A stretch of 64,000 nt of DNA from Candidatus Altimarinota bacterium (GTDB taxonomy: Bacteria > Patescibacteriota > Gracilibacteria > 1-14-2-50-48-13): assembly GCA_046314355.1 (NCBI GenBank), contig JBKBWQ010000001.1:1408001-1472000 (forward strand), given 5' to 3'. Position 1 is the first letter of the stretch. Each line of letters opens with the position of its first letter. The position numbers were made by a program, and so were the translations under genes. Below the pieces are notes generated by a model. It saw only the letters and a program-made list of their open reading frames with translations, was not told the origin of the DNA and did not search any database. Positions 19,004 to 27,574 of this stretch are shown here, in pieces.

Positions 19004-19044
19004 GTAGTAGTACTTACTACTGGTATATAGTACTACGTAGTAGT
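19004..19044. promoter_or_regulatory. Palindromic putative PadR operator
   Basis: GTAGTA-GTACT-TACTAC and ACTACGTAGT palindromes just upstream of padR. Confidence 0.45.
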
Positions 19045-19168
19045 GAAAGATCAAGAGAAAAGTTTTAATTTCTGGAAAACTGCAGTGAAATCCATACTGC
19101 CATTCATAAAATAGACAAATGAGTAGAGAGGGAGTACTATGGTATATTGATACTTTATTCATACACCT

Positions 19169-19466
19169 ATGAGAGCACTCTGGTCAGGCGCACTAAGTTT
19201 CGGACTCATCAATATTCCTGTGAAAATGTACAGCGGTTCCAAGGAAAGGGCACTGAAGTTTCACATGCTTGATCAAGCAGCTTACTAAACCTTTTAAAGC
19301 ATCTCATTTTGAGGACACATATACTGATAAACTTCTCTCTGTTATTAAGAAGAAGGCCAAAGGAAAGACGATTGAGATAAAGGAGGAAAAACCAGGTCAT
19401 GAGGATCATGATACTACGGACATCCTTGCAATGCTGAAAAAGAGTCTTGAATTGGACCCTAAATAA
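19169..19466 (+). pseudogene. ku: Ku (NHEJ) remnant with large internal deletion
   Basis: MRALWSGALSFGLINIPVKMY..FHMLD joined out of frame at 19269-19273 to C-terminal FEDTYTDKL..IKKKAKG..DILAMLKKSL. Confidence 0.85.
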
Positions 19467-19472
19467 TTTCTT

Positions 19473-21884
19473 ATGGCACTTGATCTCTATCAGTCAAAAA
19501 GAAACTTTAAGAAAACCTCTGAACCCAAGGGTAAAGAGAGAAAAACTGTAAGTAAGCTTTTGTTTGTAGTACAAAAACACGATGCTTCACATTTGCACTA
19601 CGATTTTCGCTTAGAACTTGATGGAGTACTGAAAAGCTGGGCGATTCCAAAGGGACCGTCACTAGATCCTGAAGATAAAAGGTTAGCTGTGGAAGTGGAA
19701 GATCATCCTTTCGAATACAGGAATTTTGAGGGACACATACCTAAGGGTAATTATGGTGCTGGAGATGTGATCGTGTGGGATACAGGAGTGTATCATTCTC
19801 CCGATGCGAAGACTCAGAAAGAGAATTATGAGATGCTCATGAAGGGCTATAAAAAGGGACATTTACAGTTTGTGCTTGAAGGCAAAAAACTCAAAGGATC
19901 CTATGATCTTTTTCGTATAAAAGATGGAAAAAACTGGCTTTTAGTAAAAAAGCATGATGAGTATGCATCGACCGAAAATATTTTAGTGAAGAAAGATTCA
20001 GTGCTTTCTGCAAAGAAGCTTCCATCTCCTAAAAAAGGTAAAGACCCAATGCCGTATCATATCAAACCTATGCTTGCGACCCTTACTGAAAAACCTTTTG
20101 ATGATAAGGACTGGATATTTGAAATAAAATGGGATGGGTACCGTGCTATTGCCGAGGTAAAAGATGGCAAGGTGGAACTGTACTCCCGGAATTATTTGAA
20201 TTTTAAAGAAAGGTATAGTGCAGTCACAGAAGCTTTAGAAAAACTTGGTCATGATGTAGTATTAGATGGGGAAGTCGTTGTCCTGGATCGCAAAGGGATA
20301 AGCAAATTTCAGCTTTTGCAGAAATACACGGAAGAAGGAGGAAATCTCACGTACCAAGTATTTGATATATTGTATCTGGATGGTACAGATCTGCGCAAAT
20401 ACCCTCTGATCGAACGAAAGAAACTCCTGGAACTTCTACTTCCTAAAAAAGGCATCCTCAAATATAGCGGACATATAGAAGAAAAAGGAGCAAGTATGTA
20501 TACAGAAGCTCAAAAAGCAGGACTGGAAGGTGTAATGGCAAAGAATAAAAATAGTGCTTATATACCTCAGAGAAGTGAGCAATGGCTGAAGTTGAAAACA
20601 GAAAAAAGACAGGAGGCAATTATTTGCGGATTTACAGAACCTCAGGGGACACGGGAGCATTTTGGTTCCCTGATATTGGGAGTGTATGTGGATAATAAAC
20701 TTACTTTTGTAGGGCATACGGGCAGCGGTTTCGATGGAAAAAAACTTAGGTCTTTACATACATTATTGCTTCGCCTCAAGACCAAGGACTCACCTTTCGA
20801 AAGAAAACCAAAAACAAATATGCCCGTCACATGGGTAAAACCTGAACTTCTCTGTGAAGTAAAATTCTCTGAATGGACTGATGATGGTATCATGAGGCAT
20901 CCTATTTTTATGGGACTGAGAGAAGACAAGGATCCTAAACTTGTTAAGAAAGAAATCCCGCAAAAAACTTCACATGAAGAAAAAACTGTACAGGGAAAAG
21001 TAGAACTTACGAATCCTAAAAAAGTATATTGGCCGGAACTTGGTCTTACTAAAAAAGATTTATTTTCCTATTATGAGAAAATTGCAGATACTATTCTTCC
21101 TTATCTAAAGGACCGTCCTGAGTCTCTGAATAGACATCCTAATGGGATTCACGGGACAAATTTCTATCAAAAGAATACAACTTACGATCTGCCTGATTTT
21201 ATAGAAACTACGACCATTTACTCTGAATCTGCAGAGAAAAATATTCATTATATTCTTTGTCAGAACAAGGAAACACTCTTATATATGGCAAACCTCGGCT
21301 GTATAGAAATCAACCCATGGAACTCTCGAGTTGGTAAGCTAGAATACCCTGACTATATGGTGATCGATCTCGATCCTGGCGAGAACACGATAAAAGAACT
21401 CGTACAAGTTGCTCAAGTGGTGCATGAGATACTTGATATGGCTTGTGAAAAAAGCTATGTAAAGACCTCAGGTAAAACGGGACTTCATATTTTTGTACCT
21501 TTGAGAGGGAAGTATCATTATGGCCAAGTACGTATTTTCTCTGAATATATTGCGACGCTTGTACATAAGGCATTACCAGATATTACAAGTATTGAAAGAA
21601 GTCCTTCCAAAAGAAAGGATAAGATCTACATAGATTTTCTGCAAAATCGTATTGGACAAACACTGGCGGCTCCCTACTGCCTACGGCCCGTTAAGGAAGC
21701 TACAGTCTCCACACCTCTTCTCTGGGAAGAAGTAAATGATAAACTCGATCTTACAAATTTCACTATGGATGTTATCTTCAAACGGCTGAAAAAATACGGA
21801 GATCTTTGGGAATCTTTACCGAATGAGACCGTTGACTTAAAGAAGTCTATTACATGTTTGGAAAATGCATTAAAGAGTAAATAA
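19473..21884 (+). CDS. ligD: DNA ligase D (phosphoesterase-ligase-polymerase)
   Basis: HDASHLHYDFRLE, EIKWDGYR, LTNPKKVYWP, DLDP, KTSGKTGLH. Confidence 0.95.
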   Translation: MALDLYQSKRNFKKTSEPKGKERKTVSKLLFVVQKHDASHLHYDFRLELDGVLKSWAIPKGPSLDPEDKRLAVEVEDHPFEYRNFEGHIPKGNYGAGDVIVWDTGVYHSPDAKTQKENYEMLMKGYKKGHLQFVLEGKKLKGSYDLFRIKDGKNWLLVKKHDEYASTENILVKKDSVLSAKKLPSPKKGKDPMPYHIKPMLATLTEKPFDDKDWIFEIKWDGYRAIAEVKDGKVELYSRNYLNFKERYSAVTEALEKLGHDVVLDGEVVVLDRKGISKFQLLQKYTEEGGNLTYQVFDILYLDGTDLRKYPLIERKKLLELLLPKKGILKYSGHIEEKGASMYTEAQKAGLEGVMAKNKNSAYIPQRSEQWLKLKTEKRQEAIICGFTEPQGTREHFGSLILGVYVDNKLTFVGHTGSGFDGKKLRSLHTLLLRLKTKDSPFERKPKTNMPVTWVKPELLCEVKFSEWTDDGIMRHPIFMGLREDKDPKLVKKEIPQKTSHEEKTVQGKVELTNPKKVYWPELGLTKKDLFSYYEKIADTILPYLKDRPESLNRHPNGIHGTNFYQKNTTYDLPDFIETTTIYSESAEKNIHYILCQNKETLLYMANLGCIEINPWNSRVGKLEYPDYMVIDLDPGENTIKELVQVAQVVHEILDMACEKSYVKTSGKTGLHIFVPLRGKYHYGQVRIFSEYIATLVHKALPDITSIERSPSKRKDKIYIDFLQNRIGQTLAAPYCLRPVKEATVSTPLLWEEVNDKLDLTNFTMDVIFKRLKKYGDLWESLPNETVDLKKSITCLENALKSK

Positions 21885-21901
21885 TTTCTATTTTATAAAA
21901 A

Positions 21902-21923
21902 TATGCAACAAAATAGTTGCATA
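21902..21923. promoter_or_regulatory. Putative ArsR operator
   Basis: TATGCAAC-6nt-GTTGCATA upstream of the SRPBCC-ArsR pair. Confidence 0.6.
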
Positions 21924-21976
21924 AAAATAAGAGATAAGGTATAGATAATAAGTCAGCATTTATTATCAACAAACTT

Positions 21977-22432
21977 ATGGAAAATACTGTACAAGATGTG
22001 ATTGAAAAAGAAGTAATAATTAATGGTTCAAAAGAACGTGTATTTCAGGCAATCAGTGATCCAGCTCAAATAACTTCATGGTTTCCTGAAGGGATAGAGG
22101 GCAGTCTTGCAGTAGGTGAAAAGCCAGTGTTTGATTTTGGAAAACATGGAAAAGTGCAGGTTGTGATCATCGCTAGTGAACCGAGTGATTATTTTGCATA
22201 TCGCTGGATACCTGGGAGTAATGTACATTCAGAAGAAGAAATATCTGAGACCCTGGATCATCCTAATACACTTGTGGAATTTCGATTGGAAGATATAGAA
22301 GGAAAGACAAAGGTAACAGTAAAAGAAACAGGCTTTGCTTCATTGCCGTCTGAAACATATGAAAAGATCTTAGGAGAAAATACAAAAGGATGGGAATTTA
22401 TGTTAGGGCGTTTAGAGAAATTCATAAACTAA
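21977..22432 (+). CDS. SRPBCC (AHA1-like) protein
   Basis: IEKEVII..ERVFQAISDP..WF, TLVEFRL, ETGF, GW. Confidence 0.85.
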   Translation: MENTVQDVIEKEVIINGSKERVFQAISDPAQITSWFPEGIEGSLAVGEKPVFDFGKHGKVQVVIIASEPSDYFAYRWIPGSNVHSEEEISETLDHPNTLVEFRLEDIEGKTKVTVKETGFASLPSETYEKILGENTKGWEFMLGRLEKFIN

Positions 22433-22437
22433 ATAAT

Positions 22438-22749
22438 ATGGAAGCTGCTGTATTTAAAGCTCTTGGGGATCCAATACGTCTAAGAATGATGAAAAGACTC
22501 TCATCAGGAAGCTCTTTTAACATTACTTCGATATCCTATGAGCTGGGTATTACAAGACAAGGTGCGCGAAAGCACCTGCAAGTTTTGATAGATGCTCAAG
22601 TTGTCCGAATGGAGCCTCAAGGAAGAGAAATGATTGTGCAGCTGAACCCTGATGTATTAGAAAAAGCAAAGAAATACATTGATATGCTTGGAAAGCAGTG
22701 GGAGCAGCGTTTGGGAGCATTGAAGGATTTTGTAGAAGGTGGGAAATAA
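22438..22749 (+). CDS. ArsR family regulator
   Basis: VFKALGDPIR, ITRQGARKHLQVL, GRE. Confidence 0.88.
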   Translation: MEAAVFKALGDPIRLRMMKRLSSGSSFNITSISYELGITRQGARKHLQVLIDAQVVRMEPQGREMIVQLNPDVLEKAKKYIDMLGKQWEQRLGALKDFVEGGK

Positions 22750-22827
22750 AACGAGAGTTAAAAAGGGTTATTTCTTACTCTCTCCAAATATGCTATATTC
22801 AGTGTACTACAAATTATTATAACGATT

Positions 22828-23376
22828 GTGAATAAGATCATTCTTATTGGCGGAATGCCTCGCTGCGGAAAAAGTTCTCTCGTAGACTTCTTAATGAAGG
22901 AATATAATATTCCATATTATTCTACAGATATACTTTGCCAGCTCATCAATGCTTCTTTTCCTGAGTCAGGCATAGATGTAGAGTTGCCCATTGAAGAGAA
23001 AATAAAGACTTTTCAGCCTATCTTACAAATGCTGGTGAAAACCTTAAGTTTCCAAAAGGGCACTATTGCCATCGAGGGCGATGTGATTACTCCGGGTTTT
23101 GCAAAGGAAATGGAAGCCATGTATAACACAAAATCTTGTTTTCTTGGCTCTACGAATGCTACTTTTGAAAACTACAAGATCCGCACTGGAGGAGGTTATG
23201 ACTGGATCTCTGAGAGATCAGACAGAGAAGTAAGTGAGACTGTTGAGTATGTGAGAAAGTATAGCCAACAGTATAAAAAAGAATGTAAGGAACTGGGATT
23301 ACTTTATTATGAACTTGAGATAGGGAACTTTGAAAAGGGATTACGAGAGCTCAGTGAGTATTTGTTAAAGCAGTAG
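22828..23376 (+). CDS. P-loop kinase (AAA_33/nucleotide kinase-like)
   Basis: GGMPRCGKS, STD, IEG. Confidence 0.65.
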   Translation: MNKIILIGGMPRCGKSSLVDFLMKEYNIPYYSTDILCQLINASFPESGIDVELPIEEKIKTFQPILQMLVKTLSFQKGTIAIEGDVITPGFAKEMEAMYNTKSCFLGSTNATFENYKIRTGGGYDWISERSDREVSETVEYVRKYSQQYKKECKELGLLYYELEIGNFEKGLRELSEYLLKQ

Positions 23377-23509
23377 ATTCCGTGCGTACGACATATTATG
23401 AGAATCCTTCTCGGATATCTGCATAGGTACATTCTTCATATCCGGATATTTTTATCCATTAGACAGGAATCCATCCATCAATATACTGAAGACATTCTAG
23501 CAATTTTTT

Positions 23510-24481
23510 ATGAAAAAATTTCTCTATACATTGTGCCTACTTGTTCTTCTCTTGATTGCGGCAGGAGCTTATCTTGTCTTTGTGCCAGCTTCCGCTCTGC
23601 AATCAAATACTAATTCTTTTTCTTATCCTACTTATGAGGCAGCGGTAGCTGACATAAAAAATTTTGATGAGCCAGAGAAAGATCAGATCCGTGAAGATTG
23701 TGGGAGCAGTATATACCATACAGGAAAAAAAGAAGCCCGATCTATCGTTCTATGGCACGGCTATACAAATTGTCCAAAACAGTTTGATGAGTTTGGGAGA
23801 CGTTTGGCTGAGAAAGGCTATAATGTATTGATCCCTCGTACTCCAGGTCATGGATATCAGGATCGTATGACTGAGGCACTAGGTAATGTCACTTTTGAAG
23901 ATTTTCAAACGTATATCCAGCGTTCCATTGCGATCGGAGATATGCTGGGAGATGATGTGACGGTAGTGGGACTTTCTGCGGGAGGAACATTTGCTCTTTG
24001 GGCTGCTGTGTATGAAGAGAAAGCAGACCGCATTATTACCATTGCTCCAGTGGCATATCCATGGGGATTTGAACCAATCCTGAGAGAGTTTGTAGTAAGA
24101 TATGCAGCATTCTTACCAAATGAGTTCAAGTGGTGGAGCGACGAACAGAAGGGAGATCTGCCTGGTCCGCCGCATGCGTATAGAAGATATTCTACTAGAT
24201 CTATGGGCATTGTGCTGCATATTGCATCCACTGTAGAACACATGCTGAGAGGAGGTAAGAGAATAGAAAAGCCTGTGACTTTTGTCATCAATGAAGCAGA
24301 TAAAGCTTTGCGTGATAAGGAGCTTATAGAAATGAGTAATCTTTTTGAAAAATCAGGCGCAAAAGTATCACGTTATTTCTTTGAGAAGAGTAAGGGATAT
24401 CCGCATGATTTGATCGATGAATATAATATCAAAGAGAATAAAGAGGATGTGTATAAAGTTCTTCTCGAATTAATTGGATAA
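23510..24481 (+). CDS. Membrane-anchored/secreted alpha/beta hydrolase
   Basis: N-terminal hydrophobic segment, HGYT, GHG, GLSAG nucleophile elbow. Confidence 0.82.
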   Translation: MKKFLYTLCLLVLLLIAAGAYLVFVPASALQSNTNSFSYPTYEAAVADIKNFDEPEKDQIREDCGSSIYHTGKKEARSIVLWHGYTNCPKQFDEFGRRLAEKGYNVLIPRTPGHGYQDRMTEALGNVTFEDFQTYIQRSIAIGDMLGDDVTVVGLSAGGTFALWAAVYEEKADRIITIAPVAYPWGFEPILREFVVRYAAFLPNEFKWWSDEQKGDLPGPPHAYRRYSTRSMGIVLHIASTVEHMLRGGKRIEKPVTFVINEADKALRDKELIEMSNLFEKSGAKVSRYFFEKSKGYPHDLIDEYNIKENKEDVYKVLLELIG

Positions 24482-24502
24482 AGATGTAGGTAGTACTTTC
24501 TT

Positions 24503-24537
24503 AATAAAAAACCTCACTGCATGTGAGGTTTTTTATT
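24503..24537. terminator. Bidirectional intrinsic terminator
   Basis: AATAAAAAACCTCAC-5nt-GTGAGGTTTTTTATT. Confidence 0.75.
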
Positions 24538-24548
24538 TTTTATCATAA

Positions 24549-25313
24549 TTAAGCTGTGAATTTTTTCTGATTTGTGAGAGATGCTTTTTGGAAAAGGAGT
24601 GCAGATGTAATCCACAATACCGTAAAGAATCCATTTATTACAAGTGTCATGCCAGGAATATCGAGTCTCATGACTAGTACAATAACAGCAACAAGCATCT
24701 GCGCTGAAGCAGTTGCAAATAAGGTCTTTGCCATTCCTTGTGGATCAAACCGGTTCATGAAAGATCCAAGGATGCCAATACCAAGTACTCCAATGTACAT
24801 CAGATTCGCAGGATTGTTTCCATCTCCTATTATTCCCACTGCAAGATTGCTCCAGATAAGGAAAAGTCCAGTAAATACTGCTAGTCCGACAGCAGCCTTA
24901 TAGGTAAAACTATTGGCTTTTCTTGATATGAGTTTATAGGTAAGACCTGAGCCGAAGAGCAGTGTACCGGCAATAATAAAATCAAATAAATCCCAGTGTA
25001 CTTCATCAGTAAACTGCATTGCAAAGAAAGGGATAAGCAGGAGAACTCCTGTAATAAGTGCAACGCGGATAAGGTGTTTGCTATTCATAATAAATGAGGT
25101 TAAATTTTCTTTAATAATGCTTGTAAGTGTTTCAGAAAAAATCCATACAATAAACCAGGGTATTCCTTTTTGAGCATTCTGATGCTCGTAGTACAGGTCA
25201 CTGAAGGTCTGCTCCATTCCTTCTCCAAACTGTTTCCTGTAGGATTTAGGATAGAAATAAAGAAGTCGTTTATACCACATCCTGTAAGACTCTATTGAGT
25301 ATTTATATGCCAT
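24549..25313 (-). CDS. PadR-associated multi-pass membrane protein
   Basis: YKRLLYFYPKSYRKQFGEGM.QTF N-terminus plus about 6 TM segments; overlaps padR stop. Confidence 0.65.
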   Translation of the reverse strand: MAYKYSIESYRMWYKRLLYFYPKSYRKQFGEGMEQTFSDLYYEHQNAQKGIPWFIVWIFSETLTSIIKENLTSFIMNSKHLIRVALITGVLLLIPFFAMQFTDEVHWDLFDFIIAGTLLFGSGLTYKLISRKANSFTYKAAVGLAVFTGLFLIWSNLAVGIIGDGNNPANLMYIGVLGIGILGSFMNRFDPQGMAKTLFATASAQMLVAVIVLVMRLDIPGMTLVINGFFTVLWITSALLFQKASLTNQKKFTA

Positions 25314-25665
25314 AAAAATAAGTATGTGGTAAAAGCCGTTTCTCTTTTGCAACCTCAATAACTTCACTGTATCTCTCTAATTCAGCTTCAAGGGATTTCT
25401 GACCGATTGCTGTAATTTTATAATAAATACGGCGCTCGTCACCCATCTTGGGATCTATTTTCTTTTCACTCTCAGAGATTAGTCCAGCACTTATCATACG
25501 GTTAAGTGATCCATAAAGAGTCCCAGGTCCCATCTTTACTTTTTCCTGTGAATCCAACTCCACTTGCTTCATGATCCCATACCCATGACGCTCCTCGATG
25601 GAGAGAGCAAGTAGGATGTGGAGCACAGCAGGGGTAAGAGGAGTATTTGTAGTGGTGTTTTTCAT
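25303..25665 (-). CDS. PadR family regulator
   Basis: LTPAVLHILLAL, RHGYGIM, GPGTLYGSL, RRIYY. Confidence 0.9.
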   Translation of the reverse strand: MKNTTTNTPLTPAVLHILLALSIEERHGYGIMKQVELDSQEKVKMGPGTLYGSLNRMISAGLISESEKKIDPKMGDERRIYYKITAIGQKSLEAELERYSEVIEVAKEKRLLPHTYFYGI

Positions 25666-25671
25666 GACTCG

Positions 25672-25700
25672 ATAATATATCCGTAACGGATATATGTCAA
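25672..25700 (-). promoter_or_regulatory. Sigma70 promoter with palindromic operator
   Basis: TTGACA-17nt-TATTAT enclosing ATATATCCGT-A-ACGGATATAT; ATG 6 nt after the -10 implies a near-leaderless transcript. Confidence 0.7.
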
Positions 25701-25876
25701 TAAAATTTAGACTTATAAAAATACCGAGTCCTTTAAAGCGATTCGGTATTTTCCTAGTTTAGTTTAAGACAAGAGTCTCTCTTTTACATAAATAAAGGAA
25801 TGATATCAAGTAGAAAGCTTTATTTGCATTGGAGTATCAGATCTTCTTTCCGATGCATAGATAAATTCTCAATTAC

Positions 25877-26017
25877 TTAATCTATTAAGAGCTGATTGGT
25901 ATTTATATTAATATTTGACGTATTCATATTGCCTGAAGGCATCTCATCCGTACATGCTGTAAACGCGACTAAAAAGAGAGCAAAAAGTACTAGGTGGAGT
26001 GGAATATTGTTTTTCAT
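25877..26017 (-). CDS. Small putative lipoprotein (46 aa), possibly truncated
   Basis: MKNNIPLHLVLFALFLVAFTAC-TDEMPSG; not in the ORF track. Confidence 0.4.
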   Translation of the reverse strand: MKNNIPLHLVLFALFLVAFTACTDEMPSGNMNTSNININTNQLLID

Positions 26018-26134
26018 AAATAATGGAAGTTATTTATAGAGATGGGCAAGTGTAACTCCTTTAAAAAAAAATGGCAAGATAGTGTGGATATTTTTATAGA
26101 TGTTCTCCATAAAAAGATAAAGTAGAACTTTATA

Positions 26135-26166
26135 AAAGAGAGCACATATTGGAATGTGCTCTCTTT
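26135..26166. terminator. Intrinsic terminator
   Basis: AAAGAGAGCACAT-6nt-ATGTGCTCTCTTT downstream of the GFA gene. Confidence 0.65.
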
Positions 26167-26197
26167 ATCTGAAAAATCAGCTTTGTACGTAACTTAT

Positions 26198-26602
26198 TTA
26201 TAGATAACTTGTAATTTCAGGAGGATTCATCCAGTTATTATGAAGTCCGTCACTATATCCTACTTTGAGATCTGCGAGTTCTTCAGGTGTAATATTATCG
26301 ATAGTTGAGATTTGGATTGTAGCAAAAGCTCCTCCCATTTCAGGAATATTTCCGCTGCCGTGAGTACGTACTCCGCAGGTATTGCAGAAGTAATTATGAA
26401 TAGTGTTTGATCCCCACTGATAATCAGTCTCATTTTCCTGACCTGTAAGAATAGTAAGATCATCGGGTTTCATTGAAATACTCCAATTACGTGTCTTAGA
26501 ACAGATGGTACAATTACACTTGCCTGTACCTGAGGAAAGATCTACTTCGGCGCTATAAGTAACTTTTCCACAATGACAGCTTCCAGTATAAGTCTTTTTC
26601 AT
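26198..26602 (-). CDS. GFA/CENP-V family protein
   Basis: GSCHCG, CNCTIC, FCNTCG. Confidence 0.9.
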   Translation of the reverse strand: MKKTYTGSCHCGKVTYSAEVDLSSGTGKCNCTICSKTRNWSISMKPDDLTILTGQENETDYQWGSNTIHNYFCNTCGVRTHGSGNIPEMGGAFATIQISTIDNITPEELADLKVGYSDGLHNNWMNPPEITSYL

Positions 26603-26923
26603 AGATAGTCTTATAAAATAGTATAGTGAGTATGAAGAAACTTCTGTTTTATTTCAATAATGAAAAATTTTTTTAACTGCCTATTCTTTCAACTCTACTC
26701 CTGCTTTTTTTTCTTGTCAAAGAAACGAAAATTTGAACTTTAGAGTGAATTTTCTTTATAAAATTTCTATCATTGCTTGGCACCACACTATTGACAAAAA
26801 TAGTATAGAGTAAATTTTACTAATCTAACAGTAAGAGATTTTCTGTAAATTGCGCTTTAATTGAGCAGTAGTATATTAAATACGAACATGTTCACTATCT
26901 TTAGATCTTTGACCCAATAAACT

Positions 26924-27127
26924 ATGGCAACTAATTCCAATGATCAGAATGCAGGTTATACTAATAAATCGGGAAATAATACTGATGATAAAAAGACAGG
27001 AAATGGATTTAACGCATTGAACAAGACACAGCAGAGCTATGACAATCAATCAAAGTCAGATGACACTATGGGGAATATCGGAGGTAAAAGAGATGCAGAA
27101 GAAGATATTGATAGTGTGAGCCGCTAA
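26924..27127 (+). CDS. Small hydrophilic low-complexity protein
   Basis: 67 aa, N/D/K/G-rich. Confidence 0.5.
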   Translation: MATNSNDQNAGYTNKSGNNTDDKKTGNGFNALNKTQQSYDNQSKSDDTMGNIGGKRDAEEDIDSVSR

Positions 27128-27178
27128 AGTGGAATAGAAATCGAGAGAGAAAGATTACTAGTTTTTAACCTTATGTTT

Positions 27179-27340
27179 ATGGCTACAAATAACAAATCTG
27201 GTAATGGATCACAGAGAAGTGCGAGAGGATTTGCTGCAATGGACCCTGCAAGACAAAGAGAGATAGCAAGTATGGGAGGAAAAGCCTCTCATAATGGAAA
27301 TAACGGTGGAGGAAAGGGAAGATCCTCCAACGGAAAATAA
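27179..27340 (+). CDS. KGG-motif general stress protein (53 aa)
   Basis: RGFAAMDPARQREIASMGGKASH; not in the ORF track. Confidence 0.85.
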   Translation: MATNNKSGNGSQRSARGFAAMDPARQREIASMGGKASHNGNNGGGKGRSSNGK

Positions 27341-27354
27341 GGATGTAAGGTAAG

Positions 27355-27400
27355 ATAAAAGAAAATACCTGTGGGTGAGCCTACAGGTATTTTCTTTTAT
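27355..27400 (+). terminator. Intrinsic terminator
   Basis: ATAAAAGAAAATACCTGT...ACAGGTATTTTCTTTTAT. Confidence 0.75.
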
Positions 27401-27574
27401 AAAAATTATCGCATAAAAATATAAGTAAAATATGTCTATGTGTGTTATAATTTTTTCAAATACATATACAAATACTACACCGATGAAAAATTCTGTCCTT
27501 CTTACATTTCTTTACGAAATATAAAGTGGGTTTTTGTATATTGTAAAAATTTTTCTATTTGTTGATTCCGATTT

